DNA of 24,144 bases from a virus (taxonomy: Duplodnaviria; Caudoviricetes): the IMG/VR virus record IMGVR_UViG_3300006120_000093, positions 1-24,144 of that record; one strand, 5' to 3'. The notes beneath the pieces were generated by a model, which worked only from the letters and a program-made list of their open reading frames with translations, searched no databases and was not told the origin of the DNA. Below are positions 23,518 through 24,144 of this stretch, one piece after another. The number at the start of each line of letters is the position of its first letter. Within the stretch, counting starts at the first letter, position 1. Made by a program: the position numbers and the translations under genes.

Positions 23518-24144
23518 TATCGTCCAGGAGGCCTTGGATTAGCAGGTGTGATGTTACCACCTTGGTTACCGTTGTCGGCATTGGGTTGTAGGATTTGACT
23601 AAGGCTCTGGCGACTTGGTATGTTGCCTTGATCTGTGGTGGACACGGTATAGGGATTGTTGACAAAGCTGGCTCGTTGAGTTAGAGCTCCGGTGGCCAGG
23701 TCGAGATCGGTACGTACATTGTCCGAAATGGCAGTCCATACACGACCATTGTAGCGAAACAGGCGATTTGGGAAATAATCCAAGCGGAAGCAGTAGTCGC
23801 CTGTGGTAGGATTGGGTGGAAAACTAACTCCGGGTGTGACTGGCAGGCCATTGGGTGTGTTGGTACTGCCGGTCAAGTATCCAGCTACATAGCCAAATAC
23901 TTTGGGACTGATTTCACTGGGTGTTTGCGTGTTATTGGAATCAACTGTATGTGAGCCAGTGGTAACCCCAGCGGCAGATGGCTCACCATTGGGTCCGGTA
24001 GGTATGATATAGAACTTAACATTGTCGTAACCACTGAGCGGTACATCGTTATAGGCCTGTGTCAAGATGGCATCGTTGATCTGGAGATCTTTGGGTCTGG
24101 TGCTTTGTGCATCACCCACTGTGGTTGGATTGGTAATCAAGGTC
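23517..24144 (-). CDS. C-terminal part of a probable gp14-like neck / head-completion protein (5' end outside the window)
   Basis: Frame is open to the window edge and TAATG-coupled to the gp15-like gene. Contains GVSFPPNPTTGDYCFRLDYFPNRLFRYNGRVW, a G-x-x-FP-x-x-P-x-x-GD module. The assignment rests mainly on synteny. Confidence 0.6.
   Translation of the reverse strand, partial: TLITNPTTVGDAQSTRPKDLQINDAILTQAYNDVPLSGYDNVKFYIIPTGPNGEPSAAGVTTGSHTVDSNNTQTPSEISPKVFGYVAGYLTGSTNTPNGLPVTPGVSFPPNPTTGDYCFRLDYFPNRLFRYNGRVWTAISDNVRTDLDLATGALTQRASFVNNPYTVSTTDQGNIPSRQSLSQILQPNADNGNQGGNITPANPRPPGR

Noticed and set aside
1-24144. Stop-codon reassignment, tRNA or rRNA genes
   Set aside because: Conserved genes are full-length in code 11, and TAA, TGA and TAG all serve as stops. 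No cloverleaf or rRNA-like sequence was seen in the short intergenic gaps.

Overview
Virion morphogenesis region of a large T4-like (myovirus-type) dsDNA phage, read in the standard genetic code. From left to right: a gp26/gp51-like chaperone pair on the minus strand, apparently joined by a -1 slippery site; a divergent tape-measure-like protein with a C-terminal VgrG3-like muramidase domain; a head operon (gp20 portal, small protein, acidic protein, gp21 protease, gp22-like scaffold, gp23 capsid); a free-standing HNH/NUMOD3 endonuclease; a minus-strand TPR-glycosyltransferase; six Asn/Thr/Gly-rich virion or fibre genes, two ending in a Peptidase_G2-like chaperone; a Maf/DUF115-like gene; and a converging minus-strand Nudix, gp15-like and partial gp14-like operon. 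TAAATA late-promoter-like boxes precede most transcription units, and five lie only 5-7 nt from an ATG. The best candidate for an undescribed system is virion-fibre glycosylation: two glycosyltransferase-like genes bracket fibre genes dense in N-X-S/T sequons. Three structured non-coding RNA candidates were also seen. All product calls come from motif recognition by eye; no searches were run.
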